Assembly (NCBI GenBank): GCA_000165425.1
Contig: CT868385.1
Location: 1 to 64,000 of the forward strand
Length of the DNA: 64,000 nt
Reading direction: 5' to 3'
Source: Paramecium tetraurelia
Lineage: Eukaryota
Every line of letters begins with the position of its first letter. Position 1 is the first letter of the stretch. A program made the translations under genes and the position numbers. The notes below the pieces were generated by a model, which saw nothing but the letters and a program-made list of their open reading frames with translations, ran no database searches and was not told the origin of the DNA. Of this stretch, positions 25,465 to 39,113 are shown piece after piece.

Positions 25465-27156
25465 ATGTCTGCAGTGGGAATTCGTGGTGAAAGAGATCAA
25501 GGTCAAGATGTGCGTACAAGTAATGTAACAGCTGTCATGGCAATTGCAAATGTTGTCAAGACAAGTCTTGGACCACAAGGACTTGATAAGATGCTCGTTG
25601 ATGAGATTGGAGATGTTGTAATTACAAATGATGGAGCAACTATTCTAAAACAATTGGAAGTTGAACATCCAGCTGCCAAAGTTATTGTAGAGTTGAGTTA
25701 ATTATAAGATAAAGAAGTGGGAGATGGCACCACATCAGTGGTTGTTTTAGCAGCTGAATTACTTCGCCGCGCTAATGAATTAATTAAAATTAAAGTTCAT
25801 CCCACAACAATCATATCCGGATACAAATTAGCAGCCAGACAAGCAGTAAAATACATTCAATCTCATTTGGTACACAAAATCACCGAAGAGGACACTGAAA
25901 TATTAATAAATGCTGCCAAAACTTCAATGAATAGTAAAGTAATTGGTCCAGAAAGTCACATCTTTGCTAAGTTGGCCGTAGATGCAGTTAGATTGATCAA
26001 GACCTAAGGTTTGGTCTCTGGTAAGGCTAAGTATCCAATTCAATCCATCAACGTTGTAAAAAGTCATGGTTAATCATCAAATTAATCTGAATTAGTAAAG
26101 GGATATGTTATTTAATTATAAAGAGCATCATAATAAATGGTAACAAAAGTTAAGAATGCTAAAATTGCCTGTTTGGATATAAATTTGAATAAATTTAAGA
26201 TGTAAATGGGAGTTCAAATATTGGTTGATGATCCCAATAATTTAGAGAAAATCAGAAAGAAGGAAATGGATGTTTTGAAAGAGAGAATTCAATTGTTGTT
26301 ATAAGCAGGGGCTAATGTTATTTTAACTTCAAAGGGAATGGATGATTTGGCCAATAAATATTTGGTAGAAGCAGGTGCAATAGGTTTAAGAAGAGTTCCT
26401 AAGGATCATTTGAGAAGAATTGCCAAAGCTGCAGGTGCTAAGGTAGTGACAACATTCGCCAATGAGGAAACTGGAGAGTCATTTGATGCATCTTGTTTGG
26501 GAGAAGCAGAGGTAATAGAATGCAATACAATTTTAGGAAGTTTACGAAGAAGCCATTGGAGACAATGATTACATATTTTTCAAGGGAATGAAGAAGGAAT
26601 AATCAGCAAGTATCATTGTGAGAGGTGCCAATGAATTGATGACTGATGAAATCGAGAGATCATTACATGACTCTTTATGTGTTGTGAAGAGAACTTTGGA
26701 GTCAGGATCTGTTGTTGCTGGTGGTGGAGCAGTAGAAATGGCGTTGAGCATTTATTTGGATGACCATTCAAGAAAGTTGGATTCCAATGAGCAGATTGCT
26801 ATTGCTGAGTTTGCAGAAGCCTTGACTTCAATTCCAAAGATCTTGGCCACAAATGCAGCAAAGGATTCCATTGATTTAATCAGTAAATTGAGGGTTTTGG
26901 CACAGTAAGTCACAAACATTGGAAGTCGATGAGAAGGGATACAAGTTTAGTGGTTTGGATTTGGTTAAAGGGGAAGTCAGACACAATCTTAGACATGGAG
27001 TGCTTGAACCAACAGTCAGTAAAATAAAAGCATTAAAGTAATTATTATTAGTAATGATTGAATAGATTTGCAACAGAGGCTGCTATAACGATTTTGAGAA
27101 TTGATGATATGATTAAGTTGGAACCAAAGAAGGAGCAAATGCCAGGAAGACATTGA
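25465..27156 (+). CDS. CCT1: T-complex protein 1 alpha (CCT-alpha)
   Basis: [63 protein letters not shown]; two introns. Confidence 0.97.
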
Positions 27157-27268
27157 GTTGTGAAGATGAATTATAATATACCAATAAAGAAATAGAGATA
27201 AGATTTTATGAAATTCTTTGAATATAAGTGCGATTGCGATTTTCATAAATTTTAACAAATTAATATCT

Positions 27269-28963
27269 ATGTCATCTGACTAATAAGGAGATTAGAAACC
27301 CTTAATGCAGCCATTTTCGGTTTTGGAGCCTGAAGACAAGAAGGCATCAGCCTACGACAGTTCCAAATATGAAGGGTATGAATCATTTATAAGAATCCTT
27401 TAGAAAATGTGTCGATCCTAGGTTGATGACATTTTGCATCACTAATTTTGTAATCAATGTTGGTATTTCACAAATCGCACCATTTTATCCTGGGTTGGCT
27501 GCAGATAAAGCAGGTCTGACATATTCCCAAATCGGTTTGGTGTTTAGTATCAATCCTTTGGGCTCAATCCTTTTTAGTTTCGTAATAGGAAGTTTTATTT
27601 AAGTTTGGGGTATTGCAATTGAATAAATTTAGGTCGAAAGAAATGTTTAATGATAGCTTTGGTGGTACAATCATCAGTTTAAATCCTTTTCGGATGCCTC
27701 AATTTCATGACTGACAATAAGGCCTTGTTCTTTTCAATGTCACTCATATCCCGATTTTTCCAAGGCATGAGTAGGTCTGTCTATTCAACTGTGACATTCG
27801 CTTACGTTCCAATATTTTGGCCAGGGGAATTTTAGAAAAAGTTGGCAATTATGGAAACAATGACAGCGTAAAGATATTTTATAAAACTATATAGATTGGG
27901 ATTATTGTTTGGTCCTATGATTGGCAGTGTTTTGAACTATGCATTTGGTTATTCCATTCCATTCTTCGTGATTGCCATATTTTTCCTTTGTGCCGAAGTT
28001 CCAACATACACACAATTACCACCTGACAGTACCATGAAGAGTTTTGAAAAGAAGAAAAAGCTCCCCATTGGAAAAGCATTTACTTCAATCAAGGTCATAG
28101 TAACAATAATGAATGTCATGTCCATCACTGCAGGTTACACTTACTTTAATCCATTCTTTGTTAATCACATGTAATCCTTCGGACTTTCTGAAAATGTTGC
28201 TGCCTTCATCCTAACAATTCCTGCTATTTTCTATATTGGTATGGTTAACATTATCCCCAAAATTGGAAAGTACGTTAAGAAAACTTTCATGATGTCTTTG
28301 GCCTTGGTGATATGTTTCAGTGGAAACATGTTGGAAGCTCCGTTTTGGGGAGAAGGCAATACACTAGCAAGTGTCATTATAGGATTGATATTGGTGGGTG
28401 TTTCACAATCATTTTCAATGATTCCCAGTATTCCATAAATCAGTGAATTTTTAGCTCCGGTTGTGACAGATCCATAATTCAAGTATATTTTGATATTAAT
28501 TATTAGAAATAACTTAACTGATATGGCATCTGCCTTATTTATCATGTCTATGGGTTGTGGTTCTTTGGTAGGTCCATTGTTGGGAGGATCAGTGTATGAT
28601 GGATTTGGTGGTAATGTCAACCTCACTGGTTCACCCCCTCAAGAGTTAATAGATTAAGAAAGGGAAGCCTTTAGAGGAGCTATGATTTGTTTAGGATTGT
28701 GGCAATTGACTGCGGCAACATTGTTCTTCTTCTTCGGAGATGGATACAAGGGTTGGAGTGATTGCTGCAGAACTTGTTCTACTGGATAGTAACTACCTTC
28801 AGATGAGGGACAACAGTTGACTAAACCATTAAATGATGACACCTCAGATGATGTGATGAGTGATAATGATACGTTGTCTTCAGAAGCATCTGTAGGAAAT
28901 GATAATGATTTGTTATAAGGACCTCCAAAAAAAACAATAACAATAAGAAAAGAAGCTTTATGA
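27269..28963 (+). CDS. MFS transporter (SLC18B1/VMAT-like)
   Basis: Many TM segments, IAPFYP, GRKKCL motif A, SRFFQG, GLLFGPMIGS, GSLVGPLLGG. Confidence 0.85.
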
Positions 28964-28991
28964 ATTTGTACATTTAAAATTATTATATATA

Positions 28992-30233
28992 TCAATTTTT
29001 AACTTCTTCTATAGGTACAATTGATCCGAATCTGGAAACTTATTCTTTACCATTTAATAGGTTGTTCAAGAATCTATCTACATTTGCTGAAGTCAAAGAA
29101 CCTCTCATCTTGGAAAACAATTGTTTCTTTGGACTCAAAGCCAAAACTGAGGGATAACTATTAATAATCATTATAATCAATACCCTGCTCCTGACAATCC
29201 AAATTGTTCTTCCAATTCATATTGATCTCCTGCTTAAGACCAGAAGTGAACCAAGGGCTTGGATTTCAATGGTTTCACAGTCTCTCTATAGGTGTTCAAA
29301 TATGCATCTCTGCATTCTTAATCGCAATCATAGATGTGTGGAACAAACAATAAAACACATATGCCAGTGGATTTCAAACAGTTGTCTGTGAATTGTTGTT
29401 AGTTGACCAATTATTCGAAGAAGAGAGGCTTTAATCTTCTATTAGTTTCTCGAGCATAACTAAGAAGAGTATTGAAGTCTCTGGCTCCATCGAAACTTTC
29501 AAAATCACCATCGACTTTCTCTCCTGCTCCAAAGAATCTAATGGTTGGGAATCCCTCCACCTTATACTTGCCCTTAGCCTTTGATCCTTCAACACTGGCA
29601 TCGATCTTGGCTACTTTAACTTCGCCTTTGAGAGCTGTTGCCAATTTAGCCCATTCTGGTGCCAATTTCTTACTATGATGATTAGATTTAGATTAGATAC
29701 CAATGACCACACCAAGGTGCATAAAACTCGACAAACCAAGCTTCTTTGCTATTGAGAATGGTTTCATCAAGATTATCGTCTGTCAATACGATAACATCAC
29801 TTTCATCTATCTATGGTTCTGGGGTCTTCTCTCCTTATTTCTTTGGCACTTTACCGACTCTCTTGAAGGCAAACTAAGGGTGATTACAACTTCATTATAC
29901 ATCTCTGACTTAATCAAAAGCGAAATTGACAATTTCTTAGGCGTCCCACTCTCCTGGATATTCGATTGCTTATCCATTTGAATAAACTCTTAAGGTTGTG
30001 CTGGCTCCATTTGAAAGGACTCCAACATTAATCATTCCCTTGAGGGCTTCAGCAGCCAAAGTAACTTGGGTTGTTTGTTCTGAGCTCAAATTAGAATATT
30101 CCACTATGACCCAGAAGGTTTTCTAATCCTGCACTTTTGCATTGAAATCATCTTAAGTAAGTTCATGGACATCTGTTCCTGAGAAGTTGGCTAAAGACAG
30201 AGCAATTAGTAATGCAAAGAATATTGCTTTCAT
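28992..30233 (-). CDS. Protein disulfide isomerase, P5/PDIA6-like
   Basis: Signal peptide; [19 protein letters not shown] (intron splits the CGHC); GFPTIRFF; C-terminal b domain with FGLSGAG.YP. Confidence 0.88.
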
Positions 30234-30481
30234 CAACGTATGATAAAAATATTATTCTAGAAAACTCTTTATATTTTAAGAATATAAACTAAATGACGTG
30301 GTCGTTAAAATATCTTCTATTTTCATATTCTAATGATCCATTTGTCACTTTTTTAATTAATACTCAAATATTCAACTATTACCCTCCCTCCCAACATATA
30401 CATTCAAATTTATAAATGAAATTTTTTCATAGAATATTTCGAATTTAAATAACCTAAAATTTAATATATATCAAATATTTA

Positions 30482-32077
30482 ATGAATCCTAAAACTAATT
30501 CATAACTAACTAATCCAATTCAAAAAGATCCGAAATTAAACATACACAATTCTCATTTCTATAATTTCATCAAAAACAAAAGATTCCCTTACATCAACAC
30601 AAACAAAACTATCACTCTCATCAAAAAGAACAACCACCCACACCCTGCCCAACTCGAAATCTTCTCGAATGACAATGGTTCCCTCAACAAATTGGAAAAA
30701 CATGATGAACCCCAACAACCCAACAAGAAGATTTTGTTAGAGAATAGATTACTCCCCAAAATAAACACCTCCTATGCTATCAACCAATAACTCAAAGAAT
30801 CCAAAGGTTTCAATGAAAGCAGTATAAATAGTATTTTTATTATGTTGAGGACAATATTCCAAGAGAAAAAGTTAGTTGCTCAAATAACTAATGCTATTAT
30901 ATCAAAATGATTAAACTTTATCCAATATCACTTTAGCGTTAAAAGATTGCTCCAAAACTATCAATCCTACACAAGGCTAAGAGAAGGAATAGTCAAAAAT
31001 TCTTGAACAAAGACCCTAAGGAAAGATATAGCGAAGATCTCAAGTTTTGATAGAATAGAATCTAGATCTGAGCGAAGCCAGATTCTCCAATTCTAACAGT
31101 ATCATTGACATCTCAAGCTTCAGCATAACAAAAAAAGAGATTGCTGAGAAGAGAAGGAGTACTTGTGGAAGACTTAGAAAGTAAGATTATTCTGATTGAA
31201 TTAATAAATAAATAAATATTAATGAATAGACTCTTGATTACAGAATTAGGGGATACCATGAGATTAGACTTGAAAAAGGAAGTTAACAAAACTCCATCAT
31301 CAAGCAAGCATATTATTAAAACCACATTTCCTGAAATCAAAAATAATATGGTAGGTTCTTCACTTTTTGCAGACATTGAGAAAAATGATAATCCCTTATA
31401 TTAAAAAAGTCTCTCCGATCAAGCTCTACTAAACCTCTCAAAAATAGCCAATCTTTCTTTATTTGGACCCAAATGTAAGGAATAATTGAAGGTATAAATC
31501 AGAGAGGATCTATAAATGAAAACCTAAAATGATTACTTAAATTTGCAGCTAGAAAGATATGTAACTAGAATACTTGATGACAAAAGTAATTATTTGAGGT
31601 TTCATTTTAGATTTGATGACCAAGCGAAAAAGGTAGTTGTTAAATGAACTAAAAAGATTAGAAGCCAAAGAGAAATTAAAACAATTTAATCATATGCCTA
31701 CTGATTTATCTCAATTTTGTTCTATAATTGAAGATACTGACAGAGAAACCAAACTAATGTCAATTGTTAATGCAGAAGGCAAACTATTATAATTGCAGAG
31801 AAGGTATGACTAAAAATTACAGGAAGATGAAAAACTTAAACAATAAATTAAAATCAACTACAACAAATTTAAAGAAGGCTAGACAATGTAAATAGAAGCC
31901 TTGCCAGTTTTATCGAAGGATGAAATGGAAAACAATGTAAAAGACATCTTCAGCAACAGAGATTAATCTTCTCAAAGGTTTCATCAAAGAATTAATGAAA
32001 AACACAAAAAATAGAAGGAATATATTTGGAGATAACATCATTTTCCAAATGATCACAAAAGATATTTATCAAATTGA
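30482..32077 (+). CDS. Hypothetical protein
   Basis: Long code-6 frames joined by short introns, ATG 30482 to TGA 32077; no domain recognised. Confidence 0.6.
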
Positions 32078-32384
32078 TTAATAATTACATTTATTGAATA
32101 AATTGAACTTAAAGACAAAAGAGGTCTGTCATAATTAGTAGAATTTAATATATTTTTAATAAGATAATTCTATATTTATACCTGAATTTTTTAACAAGAA
32201 TATTAATTATACTTATTAAACAGTGATTTATCCTTTGCTTTAGTGTTTGTTTCAAAAATCTAATTAAATAGATTCATGATTTCGAAATTAAAACAATTAT
32301 TATTATGATATTGCCTTCTGGTATGAGTTGAGTAAAAAAGAAGAAATAGTTATTTTTTATAGTGATTATTTAATAATTATTATA

Positions 32385-32783
32385 ATGAATTATAGAATTG
32401 AAAAGGCTGATTTATATATTAGATAGCATAGAATAATCGAATTGTTTGAGGACTTGACAACAGCCATTTCATATGAATAACCAGCAGACATAAAAAAGTT
32501 TTTGATTGAGTAATTGCAGTTAAAATAAAAATTCGGTTTCAAAACAGGATTATTCAAACCAGAAGAAATTGATAACATTTTTACAGTAATTTGATTTAAG
32601 CATTATTATTAATAGTTATTTGATTTGAAATAAGACGGATGGATTTCAAAAAAGCAAGCAATTGATGCCTTTAAAGTTATGGCAGCTTCCCAATATTAAC
32701 TAAAGGATGAATCTATTTTTCCTGAAAAAGTAACAAAAAAGCAATTTGCAGAAATAGTTGGAGAGCATTTGGGTATAAAATGA
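32385..32783 (+). CDS. EFCAB10: EFCAB10-like protein (RIIa/DD-type N-terminus + EF-hand)
   Basis: ADLYIRQHRIIELFEDLTTAISYEQPADIKKFLIEQL...LFKPEEIDNIFTLFDLKQDGWISKKQ. Confidence 0.75.
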
Positions 32784-33292
32784 TCTATAAAATAAATATA
32801 TTACAACATCTATAAATAAGAAATTTAATTATAATTATTTATTTAGCTCATAAGAGGAATTGATAAACTCAAGGAAAAATAAGAAATACCTTCTTAATTT
32901 TACTTAAAATGAATTGGGGTATTACAAAAAGACTTCGCATAAAAAACTGAAATTTTTAGATTTAAATGTGAGTTGTCATTTAGAGGTATAATAGTATTAG
33001 AAATTTACATATTTAATAATAAAAATATTATTTGATTAAAAATTAAGAGTCTCTAGCAGTAATTTATTTAGTACACTACAATTAATATCAAATTTTAGAG
33101 GTATTTTTTCAAGTGAATTATTTTAAATCTATGGCTTAATTATAACTCTTAATTGAAAGATGAAAATAAAAATACGAATCCAAACAATAATACAAACACT
33201 CATTTTAACTAGAAATTCTGCTTTTATTTAAATATTTTGATTAAGTACAACATGATATTGATAAATTATGAAAACTATAAGAAATTCATTAA

Positions 33293-34261
33293 TCACGAAT
33301 TTTTAACTCCAACCTGGTCAATCTTTGATCAAAGTTAGCTAAAGCTATATTTACTGTCGTTTATAATTCTGAGAATTTTTGCATAATTGTTTTAATGTTG
33401 TCATTACTTAATAAAATCACTTACATCAACTTTTGGAGATCTTGATGAGTTACACCATTTTGTTGAATGTAATTATTAGTTTAAATTGGATTGACTTATG
33501 AGACTTAATTAATTTGTTGTTTGAATGCCTATAAAACTTAAATTTCATTCTAATATTCATTCTTTTAGTTAGATTAAGGAGGAGAAGGCTATTATTAAAG
33601 TTGTAGTGTGTAGTTGCATTATTGCTCTAATTCTTCATATTATTCTTGATTGTAAGAAGGCATTTTTTGAACTAATTCATTTTATTAAGTAATCTTATAA
33701 GGTTCGGGTCTTTTTGGTTATTCAATGTCTTCTTCGTCGTCTTCAGTTTAGAAATTCTCTCTTTGTACAAACACTTGAGTTTTCTATTTATTATTGGACT
33801 CTTGTGATTTTTATGTGTTTTATAAGTGCGAACTATTTTCTTAGCCCTTAAATATATTGACTTTCTTGTCCTTTTTTGTTCTCTGCAGTACTTCATTAAA
33901 AATATCATTTATTAAGATTAATTTGTGCTCTAAGTATTGTTCTGAAAGAAATTAGGCTATATTTATAGATGATTTGTAGTTGAATTCGAATTGTAGCATT
34001 TTGAATACTTGTTCAGTGAATCTTAAATCATTTTTGGAATAGAGCTCATACCCTTTATCTAATAAGGCTAACAAACAATCTTAAGCAATAGGTACATTTA
34101 TAAAAGCCTGAATTGTATTCAATTAATATGTAGTGGAGTATTCTCAAGAAAACGGTTGGGTTATTATCCTAGACATAATCAAATGTGAACTATTCTTTGT
34201 ATTCAGCTTTTTTCATTGTTTTCTTAAAATTTTCATATTAATTTTAAAGATCAGAACTCAT
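33293..34261 (-). CDS. CEP44: CEP44-like centriolar protein
   Basis: PTVFLRILHYILIEYNS...GYELYSKNDLRFTEQVFKMLQFEFNYK...QFLSEQYLEHKLILINDI resembles the CEP44 N-terminal domain; C-terminal RLTRLE coil. Confidence 0.8.
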
Positions 34262-34513
34262 TTCAAAAATTCAAATATTTATATTAACAAATTTTTATCA
34301 ATAAATTTTACCTTTGTTTGTAATTAAACTTAATAGGAATTTGGAATAGAACATAAATCAAAAAAGCTTAAGTTTAGTATTAATAAAGTTGAAAACATTA
34401 ATCAAGCCCTTTTGGATAAATTCTATTTCCAATTTATTAATATCAGTTTATAAATACATAAAGAGCTCAGGTTAGTTTGCAAAATAATTTGGATTTAAAT
34501 TTCTAACAATATT

Positions 34514-34690
34514 ATGAATAATAATAATTTCATAAAGGAGTAGGATGACTTAAATTAGCAAAGTAAACAAATTTAAACATTAGGTTTGTTTGAAGATCCC
34601 CCAGTTGATTCCGTAGACACTGAATTTGAAAAAGAAGATGCCTTGACTACTTGTTAGAGTGTAGAAGAAGGATCCCTAAGTTCCGACTGA
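34514..34690 (+). CDS. Small acidic hypothetical protein (58 aa)
   Basis: ATG-TGA ORF MNNNNFIKEQDD...EEGSLSSD with coding-like GC content in AT-rich surroundings. Confidence 0.4.
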
Positions 34691-34965
34691 TCCATAAGGC
34701 ATAAAAAATATTAAAATTCCCACAATTTTCAATTTCTGGAATAAATTTTAAAAGAATCATGTTGTTTTGTTGTTTAAAATACTAATCTTTTTTATTCTAT
34801 TTTCAAAATAAATTCAAAAATATGCAACATTTCACTATTTCTATTAAAGGAAATCATAATAAAAAAAAATAAAATATAGTATTAATCCCTATTCAACTAG
34901 AATTAAGAAAAAATATAGAAAAGTAAATTCTGGAATTATAATATAAACAATGTTAATAATTGTTT

Positions 34966-35646
34966 TCAATCAAAAAAGCAGTCAATTTCATCAGCTTCAT
35001 CCATATAGGGGTAATCATTATGATTTGGGATAGGAATGTCATCATAGTTTTTAATATCTCTATCCCATTCATAAGGCTTTTTGGTGATCACATACTTTTT
35101 GGCGTGTTTTCTCCTTCTTGGCAATTTTATTGTTTTTGAATTATTTGAGAGTCGAATCCTTTCTTAAACTTTTTCTTTTTTTGGTTTTTCTTCTTATTTA
35201 AACAGTGGTTGAAATGACCCTATAACTGTGACGTCCTCGCATTCAGAATGATTTACTAAATCACTAATACGATCATATTGGGAATCATCAATTTGTTCGA
35301 GATCGTAATCTATAGAACTCTTCATTGTGACAATTTAATTGTATAATTCCTATAGTAATTAGTCTCTTCTTTCCAAATCTTCAGTATTATCATAATATTC
35401 CAATAATTAACTGATGCCTTCTAAATCCTACATAGTGAGATCTCTATTTTCAAATTTCGTTGTTCTTCCTATGTATGATTCCAATATTTTTGAGTCTTCA
35501 ATCAATTAATCCTTATGTTCTATCATGTCCAAATATTCCTTTGCATCCTACAGTTGATTGCAAGGTATGTGATGTTTATGTTTAGCAATTTCTGAGAACT
35601 TTATTCTTCCAAAAACGACACAAACTTATAAAAATATAAATAACAT
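34966..35646 (-). CDS. Hypothetical secreted acidic protein
   Basis: MLFIFLQVCVVFG signal-like N-terminus, ~226-aa intronless code-6 ORF. Confidence 0.6.
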
Positions 35647-35852
35647 GTAAAAAACAAAAAATTATAATCTGTAATAAATATTGTCAAAATATTTATTAAA
35701 AATTATAGTAAAAGCTAGTATTTGTTCAATCGAAGGATATAATTAATATATAAAACTTGATCTCAATGTTATTGCAATATGTTACTACTAAATATCAAAA
35801 TTATTAAAGTTTGACTAATGAATTTAATTTATAATGATAAAATACTAAATAA

Positions 35853-36086
35853 ATGGATAAGAATGAAGGTTTGAAGGAAGAAGAAATAAAAATAGAGAAA
35901 GTGATTCGTTTCGATAAAACTGGTTGTCCAATCGTAAGGGGAAAGAAGACACACAAGATCACTTTTTGTGATGAAGTGATGGCTGGGAAATCCGTTCATA
36001 ACATAATTTTTGTCGAATGCTACAAACAATTCAATTTGCCTCAGAACGACATAGAAGTTGCTGATGAATGCTGCATATTATTGTGA
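35853..36086 (+). CDS. Small CaaX-terminated protein (77 aa), paralog 1
   Basis: RFDKTGCPIVRGKKTHKITFCD...IIFVECYKQFN...ECCILL*. Confidence 0.75.
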   Translation: MDKNEGLKEEEIKIEKVIRFDKTGCPIVRGKKTHKITFCDEVMAGKSVHNIIFVECYKQFNLPQNDIEVADECCILL

Positions 36087-36272
36087 AGAACTTTGAGTGA
36101 TTTTATGTATTCGTTTCTTCGATTTAAATTTAACATTCAATTTTCAGGAGTTGCTAACTCAAGAGGGCTGAGCATTTCCTCTATTGTAAGGGGATTACAT
36201 GATGTAATAAAACAATCTTTTTTGATGATTAAAAGGGTAAATTTATATCCATGAGAAAAATTATTAACAATT

Positions 36273-36524
36273 ATGGAAAAAGTTTAAAGCCAAACTTAAT
36301 TAACATCACATACAACTCTGAGCCCGATAATTAAAAAACTTAACTTAAGAACTGATAAACGAGGGTTTCTAATTCTCAAGGGATCCAAGAGTCATGGCAT
36401 AACTTTTAAAGATTAGATCAAATAGGGCGAACTGCATACGATAGTCATGGTCGAAAGTTGGAAGCAATTAAACTATGATAATAAACATAAGAAAAAAGCC
36501 ACAGAATGCTGTGTGATCTATTGA
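36273..36524 (+). CDS. Small CaaX-like-terminated protein (83 aa), paralog 2
   Basis: RTDKRGFLILKGSKSHGITFKD...IVMVESWKQLN...ECCVIY*; absent from the ORF track because of TAA/TAG Gln codons. Confidence 0.75.
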
Positions 36525-36614
36525 TCAGTAATAGCAACGTTGGAAATATTATGAAAATCGAGTTATATAGTTTTTTTGTGTTATATCAATTTATTAACAA
36601 AATCAGTTTTTTCA

Positions 36615-38711
36615 TCATAAAAGTGCTTCCAATTTATTAATAATTAATAAACTCATCGACTGTTATGCTTAGTAAATTCTGTCGATTACCGATGGTATTA
36701 CATCTTTCTAACATTTTATGTGATAGGGTTTGAATGAATTAATACAAAGTTTGTTAGATTCTAGAATCAAAGTGTCGTTGATAAATGAACACTAAATGGC
36801 CTTTAGAGGTTGCACAAACTTCACTGTACCCAACTTCTGATTGTTATGAGTACAAGTATAGATCAAATACCCTGAATCTAAGTCAAGAATCAAATACTAA
36901 TTTATATACTAAAAATTACATGTTGTGAATCCATTATTTGAATAAACTCACAATTTAGATTTAATTCAATTTCCTAGTTGATATGGTAAGGCTTTTCAAT
37001 TCTCTATTTTTGAGAATTCTTAATCAAACATGTTACAAGAACCCATAAATACACATATTTGAATTCAGAGAGTTTGCTATTATCCACGTATGGTTTCAAA
37101 TCCTCAAATTTTATCACAGGTTTAGAATCCTTAAACTTATGCCAATCAAAATGTTCAATAATATCCCAATTTGCAGACAATCCTTCACTCAACTTTTTGT
37201 TTGTCACTTTTAAATTGGAAATCATAGATATGAGCTTATTTTTTAAGTCTTCATATAATTATTCTAATTCTTTCAACTCTTCATTCACCAGTAATAGAAT
37301 TATCAACTCCAAAACTTATTTTGAAAAAACAATTTCCTCTTTTAATTATAATAACTAAATATATAAACGCAATTACCTTGATGATCTGTAATGATGGTAT
37401 TTGATAATTATTTTGTTTTGCCACAAGCCAAATCGATAAATATAGAAGCAATAATGTATTATGTTTTGACTAATTGAATAGATGAATAATAATTACTCTT
37501 AAAAGTTCCAGAAAATGATTTTTATAAGGATTTTAGACTTCATTGTTTTTCTTATAATCTATAAATTAATTATTTCTCTCTTCAATGTCATCATACTCCT
37601 TTAAGAATATGTTTTAGAATTCTGTTTCCATATTTTTTGTATCGTAAACCCACTTTTGCGATTACTTCTATAATTTTTGATGCTGGATAGCATTATCAAT
37701 ATAAATCTGATCCTTACAAAAATAAGACATTATTGAATAAACTATAGGTAACCTTGTGAGAAATAGATATATTGTTAATAAACCTACTTCATAACTAACT
37801 TTAATTGTGTTGCTTTTATTGAGCAATAGACAATCTAGGATTGGCTAAATTAATTAATCCAAAATTAATTTCTCTAAAAAGGTTGATAGAAAAGGACATT
37901 CAGTAATGAGGTCATTAAAAAACATTAGAATATCTTCAAGTTTATCTTATTCATCTTAAGAATCTAGATTTAGAGATTCTAGCAGATTTTAGATTTGTAT
38001 GATATATTTAACGTACACTTATATAAAGGGTGAGGATGTAAGATAATGTTTAAATTGAATCATAATTTTAGTTTAGTTGTAAATAACTGATTCTGTTTGC
38101 TTTTCACTTTTAGGCTCGGATGACACTATGATGAATATTCTATAACAGTTTACATTTTGACAAGCTTAAAACTATGTTTTAGATAGTGTTCTTAACCAGT
38201 TAATCAGGGTAGTTGATAAATTTCTAGGCTTACCACAATAATGGGAAAGTACAATACCTTTAATTGAAATAAAGATAAAAATTATCTCGATTAATTCTGA
38301 TAGCTATAGTTTTTAAGAAATTCACATAATAATCTACAATTTCTGGAATGTTAAAATCATAATTAAAGTTAATGAAATCATGCAAAACGGGATTACTTAA
38401 TACATAATTCAGATTGAGTGGGTTTTATAGATTAGTACTATAATTAAATAAGATTTTACATAATCATAGACATCCTTTCAATAATGAAAATTGTTAGTTG
38501 ATGATTTGAAGATTTAAGTTTCTAGTAAAATAGGCTTAATATATTATGTTCTGCAAAATAGCTTGATAAATATTAATTAGTACTCAAACAACTCTTCTTG
38601 TTGATGATCACCAAATAGAAAGTATTCTGATAATTCTTCTATGATTTATTTGTATTTATGACTCTTCTCTGGCTTTGTTAGATCTTTGTGTAATCTTTTG
38701 ACCTATTGCAT
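36615..38711 (-). CDS. FPL-domain protein (CLEC16A/GOP-1/TT9-like)
   Basis: LSEYFLFGD...FDYFAEHN...YVLSNP...YDFNIPEIVDYYVNFLKTIAIRIN...FPLLWQAQKFINYPDQLVK matches the CLEC16A N-terminal FPL domain. Confidence 0.8.
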
Positions 38712-39113
38712 TACTTATATTAATAAAATTAGTATAAAATATGTATAAATTATTAAATCCATTATAGAAGGAGATAATCAATAAATTTTTATAAATATTT
38801 GGAAATAACCAATATATGATAAATGTATTGAGCTTATTCAAAGGTATTTGAATGAAAAGAAGGTATATTTTTATTGATTTTCAAAGTATGCGAAGTATAT
38901 TATCTTCTGATTATTTGATTGATTCTCTATTTTGTATTACAACCCTTTAATATTTGTTTTGAAAGATTGGAAATGATGAATGATGAATAGGTGATTAATG
39001 ATAAAATCCTGATTATTATTTTTTTATTTTTAATTCTAAAACTTAGATGATTATAAAAATTAGTACAGAATCTGAGCTTAGTATTAATAGATAATAAATA
39101 TTTAATTGAAATC

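Noticed and set aside
36139..36200. Hairpin (AGAGG/CCTCT) followed 14 nt later by ACA, suggestive of an H/ACA snoRNA
   Set aside because: Lower stem is mostly G-U, the 5' pocket is too long and there is no second hairpin or H box; would need an Infernal/snoRNA scan
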